64,000 bases of DNA from Candidatus Caldilinea saccharophila (lineage in GTDB: Bacteria; Chloroflexota; Anaerolineae; Caldilineales; Caldilineaceae). Shown in pieces: positions 55,653-64,000 of the stretch; positions within the stretch are counted from its first letter, which is position 1; each line of letters begins with the position of its first letter. The stretch lies in assembly GCA_016710365.1 (NCBI GenBank), contig JADJVW010000029.1:18962-82961 (forward strand), in the 5' to 3' direction. The notes under the pieces were generated by a model that was given only the letters and a program-made list of their open reading frames with translations, had not been told where the DNA came from and made no database searches. The position numbers and the translations under genes are program-made.

Positions 55653-56333
55653 TTACGCGACTATGCGCTGCACCAGCGCCGCCGGTGAGTCGATCAGCAG
55701 ATCCGGCTGGTGCGCCTCCAGTTCGGCGCGCGAGCCATAGCCAAAGGTGACAGCCGCGGTGCTGACGCCGTTGTGTTTGCCACCCACGATGTCATGCAAC
55801 CGATCGCCGACCATCAATGTCGTCGCCGCGTCGAGTTGCTCTGCACGCAGGATTTCGGCGATCAGCTCGGCTTTATCCGACAACCGCCCATCGAGTTCTG
55901 CACCGTAGACGCCGTCAAAATAACACGCCAAGCCAAAGTGAGCGACAATCTGCTCGGCAAAGACGTGCGGTTTGGAAGTGGCCAGGAAGAGGCGCAGCCC
56001 CGCCCTCTTTAACTCCGCCAGCATCGCCGCCACGCCGGGATAGACCGCATTCTCGTACATGCCCTCGCTGGCAAAGCGTTCGCGATAGTAGGCGACGGCC
56101 TGATCGACAAGCACGTTGTCATCGGTGGCCAGCAACTGTGCGAAAGTATGTTGCAGCGGCGGCCCGATATAGGCGACGAGCGCGTCTGCGGTGGGCGTAG
56201 GCCGCTCCAGTTTCCCCAACGCGTACTGCATGCAACGCGTGATGCCTTCCTTGGGGTCGGTCAACGTGCCGTCGAGGTCGAATAGAACGGCGCGCACGAC
56301 GCGGTCGCCGCCCAGCATGACGTTATTGTTCAT
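55653..56333 (-). CDS. HAD family hydrolase (phosphoglycolate phosphatase-like)
   Basis: FDLDGTLTD, ATSK, K, MVGDRLHD. Confidence 0.93.
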   Translation of the reverse strand: MNNNVMLGGDRVVRAVLFDLDGTLTDPKEGITRCMQYALGKLERPTPTADALVAYIGPPLQHTFAQLLATDDNVLVDQAVAYYRERFASEGMYENAVYPGVAAMLAELKRAGLRLFLATSKPHVFAEQIVAHFGLACYFDGVYGAELDGRLSDKAELIAEILRAEQLDAATTLMVGDRLHDIVGGKHNGVSTAAVTFGYGSRAELEAHQPDLLIDSPAALVQRIVA

Positions 56334-58277
56334 CCCTGCGCTGCCAATGCTGCGCTTAACCCCGGCGCGGTCGCCGCACCCGTCAGCACCTGCAGGCTGG
56401 CGCCGCCAAAGTCACCGCCGACGGGCTCAAAGCGTCCGCCCAGAAACTCGGCCAGAAACGCCTCGACAATGGCGTTGAAGGAGAGCCAATTCTCTGGCCG
56501 CGCAAAGCCGTGTCCTTCATCGGGATAGAGCACATAGGTGACGGGGATCTGCCGCGCCTGCATCGCCGCGACGATCTGGTCGGACTCCGCCTGCTTGACA
56601 CGCGGGTCGTTGGCGCCTTGCCCGATGAGCAGCGGCCGGCGGATGCGCTCAACATGCGTCAGCGGCGAATGCTGCATCAACAGGCGGCGGCCTTCCTCGG
56701 TATTGGGATCGCCCACGCGCGTCGTGAAGAGTTCGATCATCGGCTTCCAGTAAGGCGGCACCGATTCGAGCAGCGTGATGAGATTGGAGGGGCCAACAAT
56801 ATCGACGCCACACGCATAGGTCTCCGGGTAGAAGGTCAGCCCGGCCAGCACCGAATAGCCGCCAAAGCTGCCGCCGAGGATCGCCACTTGATCGGCCGCA
56901 GCGATACCCTGCGCAACCATCCATTACGCGTCGATCTGGTCCTCGATAATTTTGCCGCCCCACTCATGGTCGCCGGCGTTGGTAAAGGCCTTGCCCAGTC
57001 CAGTCGAGGCGCGGAAGTTGACGGAAAGCACGGCATAGCCACGGTTCGCCAGCCACTGGTGCCAGGGATTATAGCCCCAGAAGTCGCGCCCCCATGGCCC
57101 ACCGTGGGGCATCAGGACGAGCGGCAGCGGTTGGTCGGGGATGCCATGATCATTGCTGTCGCTGCTGACCGGCAACGTATAGTAGGCCACCAGGTTGAGA
57201 CCATCGCGCGCCGGGATTAAGGCCGACCGCATCGACGCCAGGGAGAGTCCTTCCAGATCCTGGCGCTCGGTAAAGAGAGCGCGTTGTCTGCGGCTCACGT
57301 GCGTAGAGATAGAAGCGCGCCGGCCCATCGTCGACGCCGTAGCGCACGACCCAGAAGCGGTCATCTAACGTGCGGCTCGCGATCTCGATTTCGCCGTCCG
57401 CCACCTTGCTCAGGCGCATCAGCTCGGCCGCAAAGGCCGGGTCGAGCATCTGCCAACGTTTGCGTTCGTACACAAAGCTCACCGCCTGGACGTGCTTGGC
57501 GGTAGGGTGCAGGAGAACATCTTGGACATCGGCCAGCGGATCTTCGGCAAGCAACCGCGTGGCGCCGCTGGTCATATCTTGCGCCACGAGCGCGGACGTA
57601 TTGCTGCCGCGGCTATCTTTCCAGAAAAGCGTGGCGCCCTGTTGATCAAACCCGACGGGGCCGGTCGTCAGCATATCCTCGGCCGCAATCGACGACCAGG
57701 GACGCCAACTATCGTTAGCATATTGAAATACATCCAATCCGCCGGCAGCCGTCATCTGAAACGCAAGCCGTCGCCGGTGCTCATCGTCGAAAAGATAATC
57801 CATGAACTGATGGTTTTCTTCGATCAGCGCCAGCTCGCCGGTGACGACATTTACGCGGTAGAGGTCGTGCCACTGGGCGTCGCGCCGATTCAGCCCGATG
57901 ATGACCTCATCCGGGCGCAGATGGCTGACATGTTTTAACTGCGTCTGCACGCCCTCGAACGGCGTCAGGTCTTTGAGCGCGTTCGTGATGACATCGACGC
58001 TGTAGAGCCGCCAATTTTCATCGCCGTTTTTGTCCTGGATGTAAAGAATGTGGCGATTGGTGTACGCCCACAAGAAGAAGCGGACGCCGCGTCCCTCATC
58101 CTGCGTCACGGGGCGCGCGGCCGCCAGATCGTCGCGCGGCGCAAGCCACACGTTGAGCACGCCATCGCGCGGCGCCAGATAGCCAAGCCACGCACTGTCG
58201 GGGCTGAGTTGCACGGCAGTTCGATCCGGGTTGCGAAGAGCCGGCGCGGAATGAGGGGCGGTCGAGAAGGCAGTCAT
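56330..58277 (-). CDS. S9 family peptidase (dipeptidyl aminopeptidase/acylaminoacyl peptidase), several frameshifts
   Basis: [28 protein letters not shown] nucleophile, [15 protein letters not shown] spread over ORFs 57150-58277, 56924-57364, 56330-56920. Confidence 0.9.
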
Positions 58278-58306
58278 GGGTGGTCTCCCAAACAGAAACT
58301 CATTGC

Positions 58307-59497
58307 TTATGTACTCAGCCAGGTGCGCAACTGAGCGTAAACTTCGGGCCGGCTGAGCAGCTCCAGGTGATGCATCCCATAGCCGGTCCAGCGGTGCGCG
58401 GCTGGAATGCCCAGGTCATGTTCTTCGAGATCATGGTGGCCGTGTGCGCTTGTCACCGGCACCAGCCCGTCGCCAAGCAGACTCCTCAAGTAGCCGATGT
58501 CTTCTTCGTCGAGCGCGGCAGCCGCACTATAACAGTGGACGTCTTTGGGCAGCGGCAACGGGCGCCGCACATCGTGATTGTGGGCAAAGCGGTCGCGATC
58601 CACCCAGTCCTCGTCAAGCAGGCTGCCGTGGCGCAGGTCGGTGATGCCAGCGCTGCGCAGCTTGCCCACCAGTGCCAGCGGTGCGGTGTAAGAGAAAGCG
58701 CCGAGGCCAATATCGATCCAGTTGCCGCTGCGCTCCAGCGGCGAACCGTGATGCGGCGTGCCGAGAAAGACCAATTTGCGCAGTGCGCCAGGCCAGCGAT
58801 GGCCGGCCAAAGCACCATAGTGGCAGGCGCTGCGCGCCACCAGCCCACCCATGCTGTGGCCGATGATCACCAGTTCCTCCAGCGGCACAGGCCAATCGGC
58901 CAGCGTAGTTTCGAGCAGGTCGGCAAAAATGCGCCCGTTGGTCGAGATATGCAGCCCGCTGTTGTAATGCAGATGAAGGGGCGTGTAGCCCAAGTCGCGC
59001 GCCAGCGCGGCGCCGTGGTCGTGGCCCCTGCGCAGCCACTGGCGGTCGTTCATACATAGACCGTGCGCCAGCACGACCACTTTGCCCGTCACGGGCGTCG
59101 GTGTGGCGGCATCGATAGCAGTCGTATTCCGCCGACGCAGTGTTGGCTGAATCGCCAGTGGATTCTGCGTCGCGGCCAGATGGTCGCCCAACACGCCATT
59201 GATCCCGGCCAGCAAGGCTTCGCGGTCTGTGGTGGTGGCCGGCGCCGTCAGGAGCGCCGCTGCCGGAAGAAGTGAGAGGTCGAGCGCGCCGCCGACGAGA
59301 CGCGTGACGCCGCGCACATTGCCGTAGACAAAACCGGTGATGCCGCGTGTGCGCGCCTGCTGCGGAGCAGGACGAATCTGCGGCCGTGCGGTCACCGCGT
59401 GGTGCATCGCTTCCACCAGATCTGTGATGCCGGTCGTTGCCGTAATCACCAATTGGCTGAACCCTCGGATGTCGGACAGGTGAACCTTCACACTCAT
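58307..59497 (-). CDS. PGAP1-like alpha/beta hydrolase
   Basis: AHGLCM, YNSGLHIS.NG, GHSMGG, LGTPHHGSPL, GDGLVP, HLELL. Confidence 0.88.
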   Translation of the reverse strand: MSVKVHLSDIRGFSQLVITATTGITDLVEAMHHAVTARPQIRPAPQQARTRGITGFVYGNVRGVTRLVGGALDLSLLPAAALLTAPATTTDREALLAGINGVLGDHLAATQNPLAIQPTLRRRNTTAIDAATPTPVTGKVVVLAHGLCMNDRQWLRRGHDHGAALARDLGYTPLHLHYNSGLHISTNGRIFADLLETTLADWPVPLEELVIIGHSMGGLVARSACHYGALAGHRWPGALRKLVFLGTPHHGSPLERSGNWIDIGLGAFSYTAPLALVGKLRSAGITDLRHGSLLDEDWVDRDRFAHNHDVRRPLPLPKDVHCYSAAAALDEEDIGYLRSLLGDGLVPVTSAHGHHDLEEHDLGIPAAHRWTGYGMHHLELLSRPEVYAQLRTWLST

Positions 59498-59555
59498 TGC
59501 TCCTCAACTTCAAACCTGCTTCTGCGCCCTTTACCAACCCTGGCGCAGTGTGCGG

Positions 59556-59765
59556 TCATGCACCGGGCCAGGGGCCAGGCGGTGCGTCGGGCAGCATACG
59601 CTCGACAGTTTCCTCACCCACCGGACGGAAGCCACGCGCCAGATAGTTGCGCAGCGCGTGAGGCCCATCCAACGTGCAAGTATGAACGATCACGCGCGTT
59701 GGGTCAAGCGCCCAGCAGCGTTCAAGCGCAGCAATTAACAACTGCCCGCCAAAGCCGCGACCACG
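59556..59765 (-). pseudogene. C-terminal remnant of a GNAT acetyltransferase
   Basis: RGRGFGGQLL..A...W......HTCTLD.PHALRNY.ARGF; no N-terminal half or start. Confidence 0.65.
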
Positions 59766-59784
59766 GGGGCGCGACTTTGATGCC

Positions 59785-60555
59785 TCAGTAGCTGATCTTA
59801 AGCAGCCGGGTCTGGCTATACATGCCCGCCTTCTCCAGCGTCTTCTTGGAAAGGTGGTTGTAGTACCAGCAGCCAGCGATGGCGGTGCGCTGTTGCCGGG
59901 CGCACTCGTCCAGCAGCGCGCCGATGATGGCCGTGCCGATGCCCTGGTTGCGCATAGATTCGACGGTGATCATGCCGATGCTGGCCGCGGCGGGATAAAG
60001 CGTGCTCGGCTCGATCACGCCATAGCCCACCGGAGTCCCCTCGCGCAATGCGACATAGATCTGGCCCTCGGCGACGCGCCACGCCGCCCGGTCGAAGAAA
60101 TCACCGGTCAGGGTGTTCATCTGCTCGATATCGTCCTGATGTGCGCGGCGATGAGTCATCCCTAGTGGCGTTGCCGGGACTTGGCGATCCGGCCGCGCCT
60201 GGAAGAAATAGGCCTGCTTCTCCAACACGCGATAGTCGTCCAGTGCGTGCGCGAGGAAGAGCTCGTCGCAGGTCGGCACAAAGGCTTCACGCACCTGCTC
60301 CAACTTACGAGCGCGCGCAAAAACCGGCTGGCCAAGATAGCGATAAGGCGCGTCCAGCGCAAACTGCGTGAGCAGCCCTTCGTTGTGGACCGCCGTCCAG
60401 CCGGCCATTTCACCATCCAGCAAGATATGATAGTGGTGCGACTGTAGGATATGGTCTTCCAAAAAGGAGTCGACGGGGGAGGCAAGGGTCAACAGATGCG
60501 CCGATAACCGCGCTTTGATCTTCGCCAGGTCGACGCGCGCAAAATGAATGTTCAT
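59785..60555 (-). CDS. GNAT N-acetyltransferase
   Basis: SIGMITVESMRNQGIGT, AGCWYYNHLSKKTLEKAG. Confidence 0.85.
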   Translation of the reverse strand: MNIHFARVDLAKIKARLSAHLLTLASPVDSFLEDHILQSHHYHILLDGEMAGWTAVHNEGLLTQFALDAPYRYLGQPVFARARKLEQVREAFVPTCDELFLAHALDDYRVLEKQAYFFQARPDRQVPATPLGMTHRRAHQDDIEQMNTLTGDFFDRAAWRVAEGQIYVALREGTPVGYGVIEPSTLYPAAASIGMITVESMRNQGIGTAIIGALLDECARQQRTAIAGCWYYNHLSKKTLEKAGMYSQTRLLKISY

Positions 60556-60562
60556 TGGGTGC

Positions 60563-60979
60563 TCACGGATTGGTGGCTCGCATATGCTCGACGGACGCCT
60601 TGACCAGTGTCTTGAGCGCGTCCAGGTCGACATCGCTTAGCCGCTTGATATAGAGACACGACTTGCCGGTCGAATGCTTGCCTAGCCTGCTCAGCAGCGC
60701 ATCGTAATCATCAAAGCCGGCCATGATGTACAGCGTCAGGTTCTGCTTGCGCGGGGCGAAACCGGTCAGAAACCAGTCGCCCTCACGACCGCTGGCGTAG
60801 GTGTAGTGATAGTGGCCGAAGCCGACGATGCTGTCACCCCACATTTTGGCGCCGGCGCCGGTCGCCTCCTGCATGATCTTCAGCACGGTGCGGCAATCTT
60901 CCTGCTTGCGCGCATCTTCGATGCTTGCCAGGAAAGCGTCCACGCTTGCATCGTTCTCCTTGGTCTTGAGTTCAGCCAC
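60563..60979 (-). CDS. DUF1801 domain protein
   Basis: MWGDSIVGFG.YHY.YASGREGDW..GFAPRK, LGKH.TGKSCLYIK. Confidence 0.92.
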   Translation of the reverse strand: MAELKTKENDASVDAFLASIEDARKQEDCRTVLKIMQEATGAGAKMWGDSIVGFGHYHYTYASGREGDWFLTGFAPRKQNLTLYIMAGFDDYDALLSRLGKHSTGKSCLYIKRLSDVDLDALKTLVKASVEHMRATNP

Positions 60980-61045
60980 AGGGGCATCTCCTTGTTTGTG
61001 CTAATGGGCTGTCCACTGTGAAGCCTTGGTTCGGCAAAGTGAAAG

Positions 61046-61156
61046 GGAACACAGATAGACACTGATAGCCTCAGATGGGCGCAGATGCTTTGCGACTTTG
61101 CTGTTTTGATCTTATCTGCGACTATCCGACTTTATTTGCGCCTATCTGCGTTCTCT
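61046..61156. repeat. Degenerate 9-nt-periodic palindromic element
   Basis: GGAACACAGAT AGACACTGAT AGCCTCAGAT GGGCGCAGAT ... ATCTGCG...ATCTGCGTTC. Confidence 0.65.
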
Positions 61157-61176
61157 TGCTATCGCTCTACCAAAGT

Positions 61177-61482
61177 TTAACTGTTAGCAGTTGCCTGGAG
61201 CTGGACGCTGGGTGCGTCCGGCAGAAAGCCGCCCGCCTCGGCCTGATCGAGCACGGCGAGGATGCTCTTGACGAGATCGCGCGCCGCGTCGGGGGTCAGT
61301 TCCACGGCGACGCGGGCGCCCGGCCCTTGCGCCTCGTTGACAAAGTCGATATTGAGCGCGTGCTCCAGCGGCGCGTGAAAGGGATGGTCGTAGGAGACAT
61401 TGGCCTGGCGCACCTCGAACCAGCCGCCCGCGCCCTTGCCGCTGCCCTCCACTGCAATTTGATCGACGATCATGGTGCACAT
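61177..61482 (-). CDS. DUF6295-like small protein
   Basis: MCT.I......GSGKG..GWF....A.V.YDHPFHAPLEHALNIDF......GARVAVEL. Confidence 0.75.
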   Translation of the reverse strand: MCTMIVDQIAVEGSGKGAGGWFEVRQANVSYDHPFHAPLEHALNIDFVNEAQGPGARVAVELTPDAARDLVKSILAVLDQAEAGGFLPDAPSVQLQATANS

Positions 61483-61484
61483 GG

Positions 61485-62243
61485 TCAGCTCCTCAGGTGT
61501 GCTTCCAGAAACGCAAAGACCTTCTGCCAGCCATCGACCGCCTGCGCCTGGCGATAGTTGGGCCGGTTGTGGTAGAAGAAACCGTGTCCGGCGTCAGGAT
61601 ACATGTGAAACTCGTACGTCTTGCCGTGCTGCTTCAGCGCTTGCTCGTGCTGCGCCACCTGCGCCGGCGTCGGGCTGCGATCCTCCGCGCCAAAGAGGCC
61701 GAGCAGCGGGCACGACAGGCCCGCCGTGTAGTCGATCGGCGCCACCGGGCGCGTCGGCGTCAGTTCGGCGGCGCTCATCACCACACCGCCGCCCCACAAA
61801 TCAACCACGGCATCGAATCCCGGCACACGACACGCGGCCAGATAGGCATGGCGTCCACCCGAACAGGTGCCGAAGACGCCTACTTTACCGTTGCTGACGG
61901 GAAAAGTGCGCAGAAAGTGCAGCGCGCCAGCCAGATCGCCTATCACCTGGTCGTCGGGGACGCCGCCAGCCGCGCGCACCTGTGCGGCCACGTCGTCCGG
62001 CATGCCGTGCCCCGTGCGCGCATAGAGATTCGGCGCCAGTGCGGCATAACCTTCGGCGGCGAATTTACGCGTCGCCTCAAAGTACCAATCATCCCAGCCG
62101 GGCATGTGGTGAACCAGCACCACGCCGGGAAAAGGCCCCGGCCCCAGCGGTCGCGCAAAGTAGGCGTTGATCCAGTCGCCGTTGGCGCCGGTCAGTGAGA
62201 TCGTCTCCGCCAACATGCCTTGATACACATCAGTTGCTTGCAT
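61485..62243 (-). CDS. Dienelactone hydrolase family protein
   Basis: GTCSGG nucleophile, GAED, YPDAGHGF. Confidence 0.92.
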   Translation of the reverse strand: MQATDVYQGMLAETISLTGANGDWINAYFARPLGPGPFPGVVLVHHMPGWDDWYFEATRKFAAEGYAALAPNLYARTGHGMPDDVAAQVRAAGGVPDDQVIGDLAGALHFLRTFPVSNGKVGVFGTCSGGRHAYLAACRVPGFDAVVDLWGGGVVMSAAELTPTRPVAPIDYTAGLSCPLLGLFGAEDRSPTPAQVAQHEQALKQHGKTYEFHMYPDAGHGFFYHNRPNYRQAQAVDGWQKVFAFLEAHLRS

Positions 62244-62270
62244 AGTTCCCTCTTTACAAAAGCAAAATCT

Positions 62271-62424
62271 GTAACGATTCAGCCATTACAAGCATAGACC
62301 ACGGATTAGGCAGATTAGACGGAAAAATCCGGATACGTTTTGGATGGAAATCCGTGAGAATCCGCCTAATCCGCCCCATCCGTTGTCTATAGAACTGGGC
62401 TGAAGAACTGGGCTGAATAGTTAC
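62271..62424. mobile_element. MITE (154 bp including a 13-bp internal duplication) with IS66-like ends and 8-bp target duplication
   Basis: TSD CAAAATCT at 62263-62270 and 62425-62432; TIR GTAACGATTCAGCC / GGCTGAATAGTTAC; internal CGGAT periodic palindrome. Confidence 0.85.
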
Positions 62425-62433
62425 CAAAATCTT

Positions 62434-62514
62434 TTGATACAGAGACGCAGGGAAATGAAGAAAGGTTCTTTGCTTTTTCTCTGCGAACCTCTGCCGCTCT
62501 GCGCCTCAGCGTCA
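62434..62514. repeat. 9-nt-periodic CGCAGAG-type palindrome
   Basis: TTGATACAGAGACGCAG...CTCTGCG..CTCTGCGCCTCAGCGTCAA. Confidence 0.65.
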
Positions 62515-62799
62515 AGCTGATTTCTCAACGCCGATGACGACTGTCCAGGGGCGCACCTGCCAGGCGGTGACCAGTTCGTTTTTTACATACGGGTCGCTGT
62601 GGACGAAATCTTCCACGACCTGCGAATCACCCACCCGAAAGACAAACACCGCGCGATCCACCGGGTCGGCGAGCGCGCCGGCCATCACCAACTCGCCGCG
62701 GGCGTGCGCGGCCTGCGCCAACGCCAGATGTTCGCTGCGGTGCGGTGCGCGGCGTTCCAGAATATCTTCGACGTATTCATAAAAGAGCAGATAGTACAT
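62512..62799 (-). CDS. YciI family protein
   Basis: RRAPHRSEHL, LVMAGAL.DP, DPYVKN.LV..WQVRPW. Confidence 0.92.
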   Translation of the reverse strand: MYYLLFYEYVEDILERRAPHRSEHLALAQAAHARGELVMAGALADPVDRAVFVFRVGDSQVVEDFVHSDPYVKNELVTAWQVRPWTVVIGVEKSA

Positions 62800-62811
62800 A
62801 AACAGAGCCTC

Positions 62812-63309
62812 TCATTGTCCTTTCAGGACGAACTTGGTTGGATTGTCAGTGAACTGCGTCCAGGCGATCACGGTGTGCAGCGTGACCTCGAAGAGACCGC
62901 CGCTGTTCCAGGTATCGACGGCGGGTGCATAGTCGAAGGCAGTGTACTTGCGCTCGTAGCCCGCGGCAAGTTGCGCGGCCAGGCTGTGCGGCGGGCCGAC
63001 CACCTCGCGCACGGAGCCGTCGACAATCACGACATCGGCGCCACTCTCCAGATGCACGGTGACCGCAGGGTTGGCGGCCAGATTGCGGGCGCTGCGCGTC
63101 TGCGGACTCCCGTCAAAGTATAGTCTGCCGTCAATCCAGACGCCCCACTTGGGAATGGCGTGCGGCCGTCCGTCTGGGCGCACTGTACAGACCCAGTAAT
63201 TCTCCGCCTCGCGCAGCCGCTGCTCGACGTGCTCCCAGGCAAGGAAGCTCTTGGCGTTGTCGATGTAACCTGGCGGGAAGTGAGGACGAATGGGTTGTGG
63301 TGAATTCAT
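62812..63309 (-). CDS. Pyridoxamine 5'-phosphate oxidase family (split barrel) protein
   Basis: YWVCTVRPDGRPHA.P.WGVW, RNLAANPAVTVHLESG. Confidence 0.88.
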   Translation of the reverse strand: MNSPQPIRPHFPPGYIDNAKSFLAWEHVEQRLREAENYWVCTVRPDGRPHAIPKWGVWIDGRLYFDGSPQTRSARNLAANPAVTVHLESGADVVIVDGSVREVVGPPHSLAAQLAAGYERKYTAFDYAPAVDTWNSGGLFEVTLHTVIAWTQFTDNPTKFVLKGQ

Positions 63310-63327
63310 GATCTTGCCTCGCTATTC

Positions 63328-63836
63328 TCATCCTGGATAGGGCTGGTCGAAGCGTTCGCGATGGGCGACGCGCGCCAGCGGCTTGCGCTGCTTGTTGCCC
63401 TTGCCAACCGGCTGCGCTGGATAGCCAAAGGGGATGATGGCAAAGACGTCGAGCGCGGCTGGAATGCCGAGCAGCGGCTTCGCTGCCTCCAGGCCGTGAA
63501 AGCCGACCCAGTTCGAGCCGATGCCTTCGGCCCACGCCGCCAGCATCATGGACTGGATGGCGCGGCTGGCGTCGGAGACGGCGTAGGCGCTCTCGTCAAT
63601 GACGACGACGACCGCCAGCGCGGCCTCGGCGGTGTAGGGGCCGCTCTTGGCCAGCGCGCCAATTGGCGCAGCGTCTCCCGCTCCTGCACGACGATGAAGT
63701 GCCAGGGTTGCATGTTCATGCTGCTGCCGGTCAACCAGGCCGCTTCGACGATGCGACGCACCGCGTCGGGTGCGACCGGCTTGTCGGCGTAGGCGCGCAC
63801 GGCGAGCATCGTTTGGATGGCGTCAGATACGTCCAT
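63328..63836 (-). CDS. Nitroreductase family protein, frameshift near 63650
   Basis: VRAYADKPV, SSMNMQPWHFIVV, MMLAAWAEGIGSNWVG, IPFGYPA, RKPL. Confidence 0.9.
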
Positions 63837-63872
63837 GGTTTGTTTCCTTTCTCCAAAAGTAAGATGGCTATT

Positions 63873-64000
63873 CTACACACCGGAGCGCAGGTCAGCCAAC
63901 TCCGTGGCGCTATATTGGATGTCCGTAAAGGTGACTGTGCAGCCGTCGCCGGTCGGCGCCTGCACGGAGAAGCCGGCGCGCAGCCCGCCTGTCTGTTGCA
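63873..64000 (-). CDS. DUF1349-like protein, C-terminal part only
   Basis: ...LRAGFSVQAPTGDGCTVTFTDIQYS...LADLRSGV*. Confidence 0.65.
   Translation of the reverse strand, partial: QQTGGLRAGFSVQAPTGDGCTVTFTDIQYSATELADLRSGV

Noticed and set aside
52777-64000. Integron cassette array of small co-oriented genes
   Set aside because: Genes overlap or abut with no consistent attC sites and no integrase

Overview
GC-rich bacterial chromosomal segment, probably Chloroflexota (Caldilineaceae/Anaerolineae-like). That assignment is inferred from YLPMI-type motifs, Ala/Pro-rich lipoprotein linkers and gene content. About 17 otherwise intact genes carry single-base frameshifts, which points to an unpolished long-read assembly rather than mass pseudogenisation. 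Content: (1) 0.4-11.6 kb, a GntR-controlled sugar catabolic cluster (ABC system, SDR, L-fuconate-dehydratase-like enolase) that also holds a MtaA/CmuA-type methyltransferase and a corrinoid protein. (2) 12.9-25.5 kb, an accessory region with a higher-order REP array, orphan Dam, orphan antitoxins, an IS982 element, a truncated N4-C methyltransferase and a CHAT protease-FGE/C-type-lectin fusion. The 3' end of that fusion has the hallmarks of a diversity-generating retroelement (DGR) variable region; no RT or TR is in the window. (3) kup, an attenuator-preceded heterodimeric ABC exporter, higBA and an APH-family kinase. (4) Two convergent mosaic secreted proteins, one with a second VR-like lectin end, and a large S8 protease. 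(5) A minus-strand run of GNAT, DUF1801, hydrolase and reductase genes. Intergenic DNA is dense with several families of palindromic repeats, including two ~141-bp MITEs with IS66-like GTAA ends and perfect 8-bp target duplications. No rRNA, tRNA or CRISPR array was seen.
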